Shown here: piece after piece, positions 53,316-63,415 of the stretch | Layout: every line of letters starts with the position of its first letter | How positions within the stretch are numbered: position 1 is the stretch's first letter | Source: an uncultured Gammaproteobacteria bacterium | GTDB lineage: Bacteria; Patescibacteriota; Patescibacteriia; Magasanikbacterales; UBA922 | Length of the DNA: 64,000 nt | Assembly: GCA_964345045.1 (NCBI GenBank) | Contig: CAYFPM010000001.1 | Span: forward strand, 467,784 to 531,783 | Direction: 5' to 3' | Position numbers and translations under genes: made by a program | Notes under the pieces: generated by a model | Told to the model about the DNA's origin: nothing | What the model saw: only the letters and a program-made list of their open reading frames with translations | Databases searched by the model: none

Positions 53316-53747
53316 CTATTGGATACCTACTGGGCTGGCGGAAATTCCACCGGCGTTTAGATTGGCCACACCTGTTTCTAGAGTAGTAGATACGGTATAA
53401 GTACTTCCATCAACAGAGTAATATGTATAAGAACCACTAGCCAATGGATCGGCAGGGACCAAACCTAGGTAAGGTGAAGAACATCCAGCAGTACCCCATC
53501 CACTTGAGTTAAGACAAGCATAACTTCCGGCACCAAGTGTTACAGCAGGATCTGCTGTTGGATAAGCATCGTTTTGACTAAAGTAACTTTCCAAAGCGGT
53601 TTGGATAGCTTTCATGTCGGAAACTCTCTTAGAATCTCTGGCTTGCTCACGAGCACTATTTAGAGCTACAACTGCCAAAGTTGACAATAGACCAATAATA
53701 GCGATTACAACCAACAACTCAATAAGGGTAAAACCTTTTTTATTCAT
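53316..53747 (-). CDS. type IV pilin / pseudopilin (prepilin-type N-terminal cleavage/methylation domain)
   Basis: MNKKGFTLIELLVVIAIIGLLSTLAVVALNSAR: class III signal (G|FTLIELLVV) with Glu+5; 143 aa. Confidence 0.8.
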   Translation of the reverse strand: MNKKGFTLIELLVVIAIIGLLSTLAVVALNSAREQARDSKRVSDMKAIQTALESYFSQNDAYPTADPAVTLGAGSYACLNSSGWGTAGCSSPYLGLVPADPLASGSYTYYSVDGSTYTVSTTLETGVANLNAGGISASPVGIQ

Positions 53748-53793
53748 GTTCTCACCCCCTTTCTCGTGTAAAATTTAATTAACATAATACGCA

Positions 53794-54207
53794 TTATAAT
53801 TTCAAAGCTTTTTTAACCTTGTCTACTGTTTCCGATGGTTTAAAATGAGCTTTGATAAGGTAATCTACTGCACCAAGTTTTATACCTTTGTCTACGTCAT
53901 CTTTTTGTCCCAAGTTGGTAAGCATAATTACAGGGACTTTTTCTGTTTTTTTATCGGCTTTTAATTTTTTTAATATTGTAAAGCCATCCATTTTTGGTAA
54001 AAGTACATCTAGCAAAATAATATCCGGAGATACTTCTTTGGATAGTGTTAGACCTTTGTCTCCACTTTCGGCGACTTCTACTTCAAAACCTTCCATCTCA
54101 AATTTTGTTTTGTAAATATTAGCCAAAAAAGTGTCGTCTTCCACTAATAGGATTTTTTTATCTTTTTTATCTGCCATATCTTTTTTTAAATTACGTTTAT
54201 TATACAA
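53794..54207 (-). CDS. single-domain response regulator (CheY/PilH-like)
   Basis: 137 aa; receiver residues LLVEDD, ILLDVLLPKMDG (phospho-acceptor Asp), LTNLG, YLIKAH (Lys). Confidence 0.75.
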   Translation of the reverse strand: MYNKRNLKKDMADKKDKKILLVEDDTFLANIYKTKFEMEGFEVEVAESGDKGLTLSKEVSPDIILLDVLLPKMDGFTILKKLKADKKTEKVPVIMLTNLGQKDDVDKGIKLGAVDYLIKAHFKPSETVDKVKKALKL

Positions 54208-54249
54208 AATTTATTTTTTACTGTGAAGGTTACTGTGGATAGATACAAA

Positions 54250-55419
54250 TTATTTTTTGTTATCTACCATTCCTCGTAGAGCCAAACCAATAGTTACAGC
54301 CATACGTGGACCATAACTATCTAAAATACTCTTTAGACCTTGTTGGTATACGACTCTGGCCCAAGGATCTCCTACAAACACCTTTAACGGAAAATTCTCT
54401 TTTATTATTTCTGCTATTGGTGGGAAGACACTAGCCCCTCCTGTTAAAATTATTTTTTCTGGATGTTTGTTTTCATTGCCTGTTTGGCTTAAAAACAAAT
54501 CAAAACTATATTGAATTTCTTTTATAATTGGGTCTAATAAATTTAAAAATAAATCGGTTGGAATTTTGCCTATTCCTAACCTAGAAATATCTGATTTTAC
54601 TATTTCTGTTAAATTTTTTTCTATCCCCAAAGATTCTTCTAAAACTGTACTAAAATGATTTCCTCCAACTTGGATACTACGATGTGTAACTGGTAAACCT
54701 TGATCTACTATAAAAAAATTAGTCCTCTCAGCTCCTACATCTACAATCATAGCCGTAGCTTTGTCTCTCCCCACCAAGCATCTTTCCAAAGCAAAAGCTT
54801 CTGTTTCTAATTCTTCTAGTTGGAAACCGGCTTTTTGAAAAATACTAGTATAAAAACGAACCAAATCTTTTGGAGCAGCCGTAACCAAAACTCTAATGCT
54901 TTTGCCTTTTTCGGATGGGGGCGATGGTACTACTTGATGCACCACCTGCATTTCTTCTATTGGACGTGGTAGCATTTTTTTCACCTTGGCCATTACATGA
55001 TGAGAAATTTCGTCTTTTGAAACCTTGGGCAAGGTAATAATGGCATGAAAAACTTGAGAAACAGGTAGACTAGCGGTAACTTTTTTGGTAGTTATTTTGG
55101 CAGCTTCGGCAGCAGCTTTTAGCAAATTAGCATACTTGTCTATGCGAGGATCTGCTTTTCCAGCCAAATTTTTGTTTAGTTGTTTTTCATCGCCTTTGTT
55201 TTCGTAAATTATAGTTTTGGCATCGCCTTTGCCCTCGGCCAAAAGATCTTGCGCTGTCTTGTCTTTATTAGTATCTACATGAATATCCAGATTTTGATCG
55301 GCCATGGCATAAGTCCAAAGCAAAGGTCTTCCTTTGACCTTGTGCAATTCGACTAATTTTATTCCACCGGCTCCAATATCTACTCCCAGTGAACTTTCAG
55401 TTTTGCTAAATAAACTCAT
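54250..55419 (-). CDS. pilM: type IV pilus assembly protein PilM (actin-like ATPase fold)
   Basis: 389 aa; N-terminal LGVDIGAGGIKLVEL and C-terminal ...ILTGGASVFPPIAEII... match the PilM/FtsA-like fold. Confidence 0.75.
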   Translation of the reverse strand: MSLFSKTESSLGVDIGAGGIKLVELHKVKGRPLLWTYAMADQNLDIHVDTNKDKTAQDLLAEGKGDAKTIIYENKGDEKQLNKNLAGKADPRIDKYANLLKAAAEAAKITTKKVTASLPVSQVFHAIITLPKVSKDEISHHVMAKVKKMLPRPIEEMQVVHQVVPSPPSEKGKSIRVLVTAAPKDLVRFYTSIFQKAGFQLEELETEAFALERCLVGRDKATAMIVDVGAERTNFFIVDQGLPVTHRSIQVGGNHFSTVLEESLGIEKNLTEIVKSDISRLGIGKIPTDLFLNLLDPIIKEIQYSFDLFLSQTGNENKHPEKIILTGGASVFPPIAEIIKENFPLKVFVGDPWARVVYQQGLKSILDSYGPRMAVTIGLALRGMVDNKK

Positions 55420-55529
55420 ATGGAAACATTATACCACACTTTGATTATCTTTGTGGATATTCCCCCATATTTTTGTGGCTAGACAAAGCCTACTCTCTCT
55501 CGTATACTTCTATAAAATAACATTTTTTT

Positions 55530-56882
55530 ATGCTCAAACTTTTTAATACCTTGGGTCGAGAAGTTCAAAATTTTATACCTCTAAAAAATACATCCGTTGG
55601 GTTGTACTCTTGCGGGCCAACTGTTTATAACTATGTTCATATTGGCAATCTGCGTGCTTATATCTTTGCTGATATTTTAAAAAGAGTTTTGGAATACAAT
55701 GACTACACTGTTAACCATGTAATGAACATTACAGACGTAGGGCATTTGACCGATGATGCTGATTCTGGTGAAGACAAAATGGAAAAAGGTTCAAAACGTG
55801 AAGGCAAAACTGCTTGGGAACTGGCTGATTTTTATACCAAATCTTTTTTGGGAGATATACAATCAGTAAATATAAAAATGCCAAATATTATGCCTGTGGC
55901 TACAGAGCATATACAAGAACAAATTGATCAAGTTCAAAAATTAATTGATGGTGGCTACACATACGAAACAAAAGACGGTATTTATTTTGATACCACCAAA
56001 ATTGACGACTACGGCAAACTAGCTCTACTAGAAAAACAAGATTTACGTGCCGGAGAACGTGTAGAAATGGGAGAAAAAAAGAATCTTCATGATTTTGCTT
56101 TGTGGAAATTTAATAAACCAGGAGAAGAAAGACAAATGCAATGGGAAGCTTTTGGGAAATTGGGTTTTCCTGGTTGGCATATAGAATGTTCGGCTATGAG
56201 TATGAAATACCTTGGTGACCAGTTTGATATCCATACCGGAGGGATTGATCATGTCCCAATCCACCACACCAACGAAATTGCCCAAGCCGAAAGTACTACC
56301 GGCAAAAAACCTTGGGTAAAATATTGGCTGCACAATGAATTTTTGAATATTGGTAATGAAAAAATGGCCAAATCCGGCAACAACTTTATTACTTTACAAA
56401 CTCTTAAAGACAAAGGAATTGAACCTCTCGCCTACCGTTATTTCTTACTGCAATCACATTATAGAAAACAAGTTAATTTTAGCTACAAAGCTTTGGAAGC
56501 TGCTCAAACAGCCCTTAATAAATTGAGAGAGCACATATATAAAAACGAAACTGAAACCACCAAGGGAGAGATAGAAAAAAAATTTTTGGCAGCCATAAAC
56601 GATGATTTAAATACTCCAGAAGCTTTGGCTTTACTTTGGACTACTTTAAAAAACAAAGAAATTAGCAACGAAACTATTTTCAAATTTGATAAGGTATTTG
56701 GTCTTGATCTAGCCAAGCCACAAAAACAAAAAGAAATACCGACAGAGGTAAAAGAAATTTTAGAACAAAGACAAAAAGCTAGAGAACAAAAAAACTGGGC
56801 AGAAAGTGATAAGTTAAGAGATGAAATTGCCAAACTTGGTTTTAAAGTAGAAGATACAGACGAAGGACAAAAAATAATTTAA
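55530..56882 (+). CDS. cysS: cysteine--tRNA ligase
   Basis: 450 aa class I aaRS; HIGN (VHIGNLRAY), Zn ligands including the CSAMSMKYLG region, and KMAKSGNNF (KMSKS). Confidence 0.9.
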   Translation: MLKLFNTLGREVQNFIPLKNTSVGLYSCGPTVYNYVHIGNLRAYIFADILKRVLEYNDYTVNHVMNITDVGHLTDDADSGEDKMEKGSKREGKTAWELADFYTKSFLGDIQSVNIKMPNIMPVATEHIQEQIDQVQKLIDGGYTYETKDGIYFDTTKIDDYGKLALLEKQDLRAGERVEMGEKKNLHDFALWKFNKPGEERQMQWEAFGKLGFPGWHIECSAMSMKYLGDQFDIHTGGIDHVPIHHTNEIAQAESTTGKKPWVKYWLHNEFLNIGNEKMAKSGNNFITLQTLKDKGIEPLAYRYFLLQSHYRKQVNFSYKALEAAQTALNKLREHIYKNETETTKGEIEKKFLAAINDDLNTPEALALLWTTLKNKEISNETIFKFDKVFGLDLAKPQKQKEIPTEVKEILEQRQKAREQKNWAESDKLRDEIAKLGFKVEDTDEGQKII

Positions 56883-57703
56883 TGGACAAAATATTTCTTA
56901 TACAATTAATTACTTCTTTTTTGGTTGGTGGTTCTTTTATTGCCTTTATGTCATTTTTGGCAGAAAGAACCAACGACAAAATTTCTGGTATTGTTTTGGC
57001 CTTTCCTACTACTGTGGCTCTCGGGTATTTCTTTTTGGGTTGGTCGCAGTCACCAGAAGTAATATCCAAAATCGTCCCCACCACACTTATCCCTTTTGGA
57101 CTTGGGGTTTTATACCCTATTTTTTATATACTCACCGCAAAAAAAATAGAAATATTAGTAACTAATAAATTAAAACAAATTAGTCTTAGTTTTTTTATAA
57201 GTATAATCCCTTGGTTTTTGTTTTCTATACCAATTGCCTTAGCCAAATTTTCTAATTTTATTATTGGGACTTCTTTTTACTTTTTTTGTTTAATTATTTC
57301 ACAAAAATTTTTAAATAAGTACAACAGCCTTCCCAAACCAAAAATGCCTCAATATACTAATAAACAAAAAATATTTCGAGCTTTATTTGTAGGATTAGTA
57401 ATCTCTTTGGTAGTTTTTTTGGCCAAAGTATCTGGTCCTTTTACCGCTTCTATTTTTACCATGTTCCCGGCAGCATTTTCTTCTACCCTGATGGTCTTGC
57501 ACAAACAATACAAAGCAAGTAATTTATTACCTATTGCTAGAACCATACCAATTGGTTCATTGTCAATCTATGTATTTGTAATTGCCAGCATCTACACTTA
57601 CCCTATGTTTGGGATTTTTGGAGGAACTCTGGCTTCTTATTTTGTTAGTCTAATTTTTTTCTTAATACTTATTCAAAAAGTAAATACGAAAATAAAATTA
57701 TAA
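56882..57703 (+). CDS. hypothetical polytopic membrane protein with an internal two-fold repeat
   Basis: 273 aa, 8 TM; two halves share ...SGIVLAFPTTVALGYFFLGW... / ...SIFTMFPAAFSSTLMVLH.... Confidence 0.4.
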   Translation: MDKIFLIQLITSFLVGGSFIAFMSFLAERTNDKISGIVLAFPTTVALGYFFLGWSQSPEVISKIVPTTLIPFGLGVLYPIFYILTAKKIEILVTNKLKQISLSFFISIIPWFLFSIPIALAKFSNFIIGTSFYFFCLIISQKFLNKYNSLPKPKMPQYTNKQKIFRALFVGLVISLVVFLAKVSGPFTASIFTMFPAAFSSTLMVLHKQYKASNLLPIARTIPIGSLSIYVFVIASIYTYPMFGIFGGTLASYFVSLIFFLILIQKVNTKIKL

Positions 57704-57791
57704 TTTATTCACCTCTCTCCCCTTTTTTGGTATAATACTTTTAGTTAATTTAAAATAAGCGATCTTAAATCGCATATCTTTCTGTATTGGT

Positions 57792-58409
57792 ATGGCCGAT
57801 ACAAATCAACAACCCAGAATAAATCGAGAAACCGTCGATAGCCAAATGGAGCACTCTATAAACGAAGCTCCAAATTTGATGTCCGAGTATCAAGCAACTC
57901 CCCAATCTATAACTCCAGAAATCACCAAACCTGCAATAGAACAAGTTGGAGAAACCTTGCCCAAACCAGAAGTAGAAAGAAAAACCGAAATAGAACCATC
58001 CAAAGAATCAATTGAAAAAAAAGAGGAAGAAGGTTTCTTGGAAGATGCTCTAGAAGGGATAAAAAGTAAACTAGGTAGAGGCAAAAAGAAACAAGTCCAA
58101 ATACCACAAGTAAGAGACGAAATTACCCTAAAAGTAGAAAAAGTAATGGAAGAAGGACTAAAAGAAGCTTTTCACGCCATGACTCCGGTACAAAGACAAG
58201 AATTCAAAATAAAGGGAGAAGAAACTGCTATAAAAATTAGAGAACTTTTGAAAAGTACTCATGTAAAAGTAAAAAAGATTTTTACTCTTTTGGTAGAGTG
58301 GTTAAAAATGATACCAGGAGTAAATAGATTCTTTTTGGAACAAGAAGCCAAGATCAAAGCCGACAAAATAATTTCTCTAAAACATTTTGATAAGCACTCT
58401 AAAAAGTAA
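57792..58409 (+). CDS. hypothetical charged protein upstream of the T4CP-like ATPase
   Basis: 205 aa, E/K-rich, predicted helical. Confidence 0.35.
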   Translation: MADTNQQPRINRETVDSQMEHSINEAPNLMSEYQATPQSITPEITKPAIEQVGETLPKPEVERKTEIEPSKESIEKKEEEGFLEDALEGIKSKLGRGKKKQVQIPQVRDEITLKVEKVMEEGLKEAFHAMTPVQRQEFKIKGEETAIKIRELLKSTHVKVKKIFTLLVEWLKMIPGVNRFFLEQEAKIKADKIISLKHFDKHSKK

Positions 58410-58440
58410 GTCTTCTGCTGTTTCAAAGAGTAAAACTGAT

Positions 58441-61011
58441 ATGCTAACAATCTTTCAATTTGCCGCCACTCCAGACTTTACTAGTCCCCCAAGAGCCAAC
58501 CTTTTAGAAGATCCTTTTTTCTTTTGGCTTTTTTTTCTTTTGGCAATTGTTCTTATAATTTTAGGCTTTTTATTTTTGTTGCGTTCTCTTCTAAGAGGTA
58601 CTCACAGACAAACAAAAGCTTTTAATAGAGTGGTACTGCGAATACTTGTCCCCAAAGAAAGAAAATCAGAAGGCCAAGGAGGTCAAGCCGGACAAGAAGA
58701 TAGACTAGAACAAGTAAAAGAAGAAATTGGTATTACAGAAACTTTTTTTTCGGCCATAGCCGGACTCAAGGCCCAAAGAGGAATCCTAAACTGGCTACGT
58801 GGCAGAAATGATCATTTTTCTTGCGAAGTAGTAGTACAAAATGGTCTTATTTATTTTTATATAGATGTTCCGGCTCAGATGCGTCAAGGGATAGAGCAAC
58901 AAGTTCATGCTCAATATCCCTATGCCGAAATAGAAGAAATGACTGATTACAATATTTTTCACGAGCAATCCAAAATTGTTGGAGCTTATCTAGTATCCGA
59001 TCGAGGAGGTTCTTTTCCTTTCAAAACTTACAAAAAAATGGAGTCCGATCCAATGGTAGCGGTTTTAAATGTGCTTGCCAAAATAAGAAATGGCAACGAT
59101 GCCGCCGCTGTACAATTTGTATTACGATCGGCTCACAAAAAATGGCGTCGCAAAGGGATCGAGATAGTAAGAGAGGTTAAAAAAGGTAAAAAATTCGAAG
59201 AAGTAGCCCACAAAACTTGGGTATCCAAATTTTTTGGTTGGTTTGCCAAGGGTGTTTCTGAATCATTGCAAAAACCTGGGGAAAACAAAGATACTCCTTA
59301 TCAATTATCCCCTCTCGAAGAAGAAATGATAAAAGGAATGGAAGAAAAACTTTCCAAAGGTGGTTTGGGAGTCACCATTCGTTTGCTTAGCGTAGCCGAC
59401 AACTCCGAATCTGCCAAAATGAATTTGGACAACTTAATCAACTCTTTTAGCCAGTACAATTTGTATCGTTATGGCAATAGTTTCAAAGCTGTCCTACCAA
59501 AAAATCAATCTCTTTTGATAAGAGATTTTATATACCGTTCACACAATGACAAAAGAGAAGTAATTCTAAACACCGAAGAAATTGCTAGTTTGTGGCACTT
59601 GCCTTTGCACTCTACCGAAGTCCCAAATATCAAATGGCTCACTGGTAGACAAGCTCCTCCACCATCCAACCTGCCAACCTCTGGTCTATTGCTTGGCTAT
59701 ATTAATTATCGTGGCCACAGACAAGATGTGTTCCTAAAAGAAGCCGACAGACGAAGACATCTCTACATTATTGGTAAATCTGGTAGTGGTAAGTCTGTGA
59801 CTATTGCCAACTTGGCAATTCAAGATATTAAAGATGGAAAAGGAGTAGCTATAGTAGATCCTCATGGAGATTTGGTAGAAACAGTTCTAGAACACGTCCC
59901 AAAAGAAAGAGCCGACGACGTGGTGATTTTTGATCCATCGGATCTAGAGCGTCCTATAGGACTAAATATGCTAGAAGCTGGAGACGAAGATCAAAAAGAC
60001 TTTGCCGTACAAGAAATGATCTCTATCTTTTACAAACTTTTTCCACCAGAAATGATTGGTCCTATGTTTGAGCACAACATGAGAAATGTGATGCTAACTC
60101 TAATGGCTGATCTCAATGATCCTGGGACTATTATAGATATCCCTAGAATGTTTACTGATGACGAATATGTAAAAAAGTACTTGGTAAAACTAAAAGACCC
60201 GGTTGTAAAAGCTTTTTGGGAAAAAGAAATGGCCAAGACCAGTGACTTTCACAAATCTGAAATGCTTGGTTATCTTATTTCCAAAGTAGGTCGTTTTGTG
60301 GGCAATGAGATGATGAGAAATATCATGGGGCAACAAAAATCCGGCTTTAACTTTCGTGATATTATGGACAACAAAAAAATTCTTTTTGTTAATTTGTCCA
60401 AAGGTAAAACTGGGGAGGTAAATGCCAAACTACTTGGCCTAATCACCGTAGCCAAACTACAAATGGCGGCCATGGCTCGTGCCGATATGCCAGAAGAACA
60501 AAGAAATGATTTTTATCTATATATTGATGAGTTCCAAAATTTTGTAACTGATTCTATCTCGACTATTTTGTCCGAAGCTAGAAAGTATAAGCTAGATCTT
60601 ACAATTGCTCACCAATATATGGGGCAGCTGGCCGACGACAAAGGTAAGAATGATATTCGAGACGCAGTTTTGGGTAATGTAGGTACTATGATGGTTGGTA
60701 GGATTGGCCCAGAAGACTCAGAGATTCTAGCCAAAGAGTTTGCTCCTACTTTTGGTTCTTATGATCTGTTAAACACCCCTCAATATTCTTTTTATGCCAA
60801 AGAATTAATTGATAACCAGTCTAGTAAACCATTTTTGCTACGAGCTTATCCTCCGCAGTCTGGTAGCAAGGAATTGGCCAGCGCAATTAAAGAACTCTCT
60901 AGACTCAAATTTGGACGAGACAGAAATATTGTAATTTCGGAAATTATGGAAAGAACAAAATTGGATCAACCTGATCCAGGCAAAACCGATATGGTAGAAA
61001 CATCTTTATAA
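58441..61011 (+). CDS. membrane-anchored FtsK/HerA-superfamily ATPase of the VirD4/TraG/TraD (type IV coupling protein) type
   Basis: ORF from 58387; likely start MLTIFQF. N-terminal TM (FFFWLFFLLAIVLIILGFLFLL), a roughly 350-aa middle region, and a C-terminal ATPase: Walker A IIGKSGSGKSV followed by VAIVDPHGDL, Walker B FYLYIDEFQNF, and the conserved TIAHQYMGQL (Q-x3-QL), as in T4CPs. Confidence 0.6.
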   Translation: MLTIFQFAATPDFTSPPRANLLEDPFFFWLFFLLAIVLIILGFLFLLRSLLRGTHRQTKAFNRVVLRILVPKERKSEGQGGQAGQEDRLEQVKEEIGITETFFSAIAGLKAQRGILNWLRGRNDHFSCEVVVQNGLIYFYIDVPAQMRQGIEQQVHAQYPYAEIEEMTDYNIFHEQSKIVGAYLVSDRGGSFPFKTYKKMESDPMVAVLNVLAKIRNGNDAAAVQFVLRSAHKKWRRKGIEIVREVKKGKKFEEVAHKTWVSKFFGWFAKGVSESLQKPGENKDTPYQLSPLEEEMIKGMEEKLSKGGLGVTIRLLSVADNSESAKMNLDNLINSFSQYNLYRYGNSFKAVLPKNQSLLIRDFIYRSHNDKREVILNTEEIASLWHLPLHSTEVPNIKWLTGRQAPPPSNLPTSGLLLGYINYRGHRQDVFLKEADRRRHLYIIGKSGSGKSVTIANLAIQDIKDGKGVAIVDPHGDLVETVLEHVPKERADDVVIFDPSDLERPIGLNMLEAGDEDQKDFAVQEMISIFYKLFPPEMIGPMFEHNMRNVMLTLMADLNDPGTIIDIPRMFTDDEYVKKYLVKLKDPVVKAFWEKEMAKTSDFHKSEMLGYLISKVGRFVGNEMMRNIMGQQKSGFNFRDIMDNKKILFVNLSKGKTGEVNAKLLGLITVAKLQMAAMARADMPEEQRNDFYLYIDEFQNFVTDSISTILSEARKYKLDLTIAHQYMGQLADDKGKNDIRDAVLGNVGTMMVGRIGPEDSEILAKEFAPTFGSYDLLNTPQYSFYAKELIDNQSSKPFLLRAYPPQSGSKELASAIKELSRLKFGRDRNIVISEIMERTKLDQPDPGKTDMVETSL

Positions 61012-61024
61012 TTTGAATAACATT

Positions 61025-61145
61025 CTTAACTGTCATTGCGAGGGAGCGATAGCGACCGTCGCAATCTCAACTAAGAAAGTATTATAGATTGCCACCCTTC
61101 GACTTCGCTCAGGGCAGGATCGGACACAATGCTCCTCGCAATGAC
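61025..61145. repeat. GC-rich structured intergenic element closed by a long-range 17-bp inverted repeat
   Basis: CTGTCATTGCGAGGGAGC (61024-61041) pairs with GCTCCTCGCAATGACTG (about 61131-61147). The interior contains the hairpin GCGAC-C-GTCGC and the segment CCACCCTTCG, which matches the first 10 nt of the palindromic element. About 52% GC in an AT-rich spacer. Confidence 0.35.
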
Positions 61146-61293
61146 TGAAAAGTATAAATACAATTATCCACCTTCTCTCCCCTATCTATCCCCCACTCTT
61201 GCTGACAAGCAAAAACTAACTTGTTAAAATATATAAAAATAATTCAAACCTTCGGGTTTGATTTTAATTCAAAATAAAAATCCAAACAAAAAT

Positions 61294-62001
61294 ATGAACG
61301 CTCTCTCAGATATCCTTTCGAATAACGACGATATATTTCCACAACAGTCTGATGTTACTGAACAATCCTCAGTGAACAATGATATTGAATTGGAAACAAA
61401 CAAAGATAACTTCAACAATGGAACAATGGAACAATCGGACAATGAGAAATCAGAAGCAAACCTCGAGTCAACACACCACTCCCCGTCTAATCCAGACCTG
61501 CAACAACTAAAAACCATAATCTACTCTATGCAAGATCAGCTCTCTAGTATGCTCCGAATGATAAATGGTGAAGAGATCAAAAAACATGATCTAGCCACCG
61601 AAGGCAACAGCGAACTAATGCCCACTGGTGAGCAAATTGTAGAAGGAGTTTTCAATGGCGAAAAAATGATTGGCCCAGATGGCAAGGAATACTCTATCCC
61701 CCCAAACTATGCTAGCAAGTCTAAGCTAGTAGAGGGAGACATGATGAAGCTAACTATTACCAATCGTGGTCAGTTTATTTACAAATCTATTGCTCCTATA
61801 GAAAGAAAACGTCTAAAAGGAGAATTGGTTCATGATCCTGTCACCGGACAATGGAGCATTCTGGCCGATGGCAAAACCTATAAGACACTTACAGCCTCTG
61901 TCACCTATTTTAGGGGCAAAGCTGGAGACGAAGTAGTATTTTTTGTTCCAGAGACAGGAAACAGTGAATGGGGGGCGGTTGAGAATATTGTTGGTAAATA
62001 A
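61294..62001 (+). CDS. hypothetical protein with disordered N/S/E-rich N-terminus
   Basis: ORF from 61258; likely start MNALSD; no assignable motif. Confidence 0.35.
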   Translation: MNALSDILSNNDDIFPQQSDVTEQSSVNNDIELETNKDNFNNGTMEQSDNEKSEANLESTHHSPSNPDLQQLKTIIYSMQDQLSSMLRMINGEEIKKHDLATEGNSELMPTGEQIVEGVFNGEKMIGPDGKEYSIPPNYASKSKLVEGDMMKLTITNRGQFIYKSIAPIERKRLKGELVHDPVTGQWSILADGKTYKTLTASVTYFRGKAGDEVVFFVPETGNSEWGAVENIVGK

Positions 62002-62100
62002 GTAATTTTATAAAAGTAAAGAAAAAAAGGCATCTTGACAAAGATGTCTTTTTGGTTTAATTTAATATACTGCTTTATAGCAGTAGGAGGAAACAAAAGC

Positions 62101-62625
62101 GTGAAAACGATCTTTCGAATTACATTGATGATGCTCTTGCTTCTGGCCGCATGCAAAGAGGACAACACTCGCTGCAGCGGAAGGTTCCAAAACAGTAACA
62201 GAACGAAGACGTTCAATACCAACGTTGATCGTTTCATGAAACTGGTACTACAGGAGAACCCGGAGAGACAAATCGCTGTAGGTTTGCACAATGAGAACAA
62301 ATCTATCGAACGATTTGCCCACGGCCGCCACTTCCCAGATGGCAATGGGTACACGATTTTTCCAGACGAGGAGCCCTGGACGCACCTCATGTTCCATGAG
62401 TGCATCGAGGGGAAATGGAAATATTTTGGCGAAGTAGAACTACCTCGCCAGCCAATAATTCCCGATTCTCCACCCAAAACCCTGAAATTCGACCGTATTT
62501 CTACAAGAAAGGCAGAAAAAGACGGCCTCATCAACTGGCTTGCTCGAAAGCCAAGCTACCTCAAAGAAAAACCTCTCCTAGGTGGACAGGTAACGAGGTA
62601 TGTCGTAAAAAAGCCCGACTACTAG
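62101..62625 (+). CDS. putative lipoprotein (GC-rich gene)
   Basis: Alternative GTG start gives VKTIFRITLMMLLLLAACKED with lipobox LLAAC. About 50% GC; terminator at 62716-62746. Confidence 0.4.
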   Translation: MKTIFRITLMMLLLLAACKEDNTRCSGRFQNSNRTKTFNTNVDRFMKLVLQENPERQIAVGLHNENKSIERFAHGRHFPDGNGYTIFPDEEPWTHLMFHECIEGKWKYFGEVELPRQPIIPDSPPKTLKFDRISTRKAEKDGLINWLARKPSYLKEKPLLGGQVTRYVVKKPDY

Positions 62626-62715
62626 GTTCACTAGCCTACTGGCTAGTAATATAAGTAACCACCCTGTCGGCTCCACTCCAAACAGCAGCAAAAAATGATG
62701 CTTTTTGAAATAAAC

Positions 62716-62746
62716 AAAACCCACTATTGCAATAGTGGGTTTTGTT
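62716..62746 (+). terminator. rho-independent terminator (20-bp perfect palindrome)
   Basis: AAAACCCACTATTGCAATAGTGGGTTTTGTT. Confidence 0.7.
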
Positions 62747-62917
62747 ATTGACAAATCTACAAAAACGTGGTATTCTTAGACGTTCTTGCCTACCAGGCAG
62801 AACCACTGCTGGGGAGCAGTGAGCAACGCAATCGGCGTAGCTAAAATCATGCAGGCGGCTTTTAAAATGCCCACCTGATATGTGCCCCACGCGCCCTCAA
62901 CCTCTAAGGAGGCTCGT

Positions 62918-63217
62918 ATGGCATACCCCGACAAGATCAAATATTCACGAGAGTTCAAGACAGCAGTGCAGTCACTCCGCCGATGTGACAACAAAGCAGA
63001 AATGCTGAGGCTGTTGAAAGAAGGCTCCCCCTATCTAGGAAGGCATCTATCTACGCTGGCACAGAATACTATTGAGCCAGCAAGAATCCTAGAACTGCTT
63101 GATTCTGACGATACAGAGACGCTTCGAGAAGAAGCTCAACTGATTGCAGACTACCAGGCAGCGTACTCCATGTGGAGCAAAATCATAGACGCCCACACTG
63201 GCAACTGCAAGGCCTAA
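62918..63217 (+). CDS. hypothetical protein (GC-rich gene)
   Basis: ORF from 62882; likely start MAYPDKIKY, preceded by a strong SD AAGGAGG 6 nt upstream; 99 aa. Confidence 0.4.
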   Translation: MAYPDKIKYSREFKTAVQSLRRCDNKAEMLRLLKEGSPYLGRHLSTLAQNTIEPARILELLDSDDTETLREEAQLIADYQAAYSMWSKIIDAHTGNCKA

Positions 63218-63415
63218 TTGCTTATTATAATTGGTAGTAGGGTATGAGAAGGCAAGTAAAATCGTGTGCTAGTGGATGGCAACATCCCAGAGCACCGTGT
63301 AAGCCCTTCTCCCCAGAAAAAAGTTACTTACACAACAGCTAAGTGCCTTTTACCTGGAATTACAAAGAAAAAAACCGACTTACTATGTAAGTCGGTTTTT
63401 TAGACTCAAAGTTTA

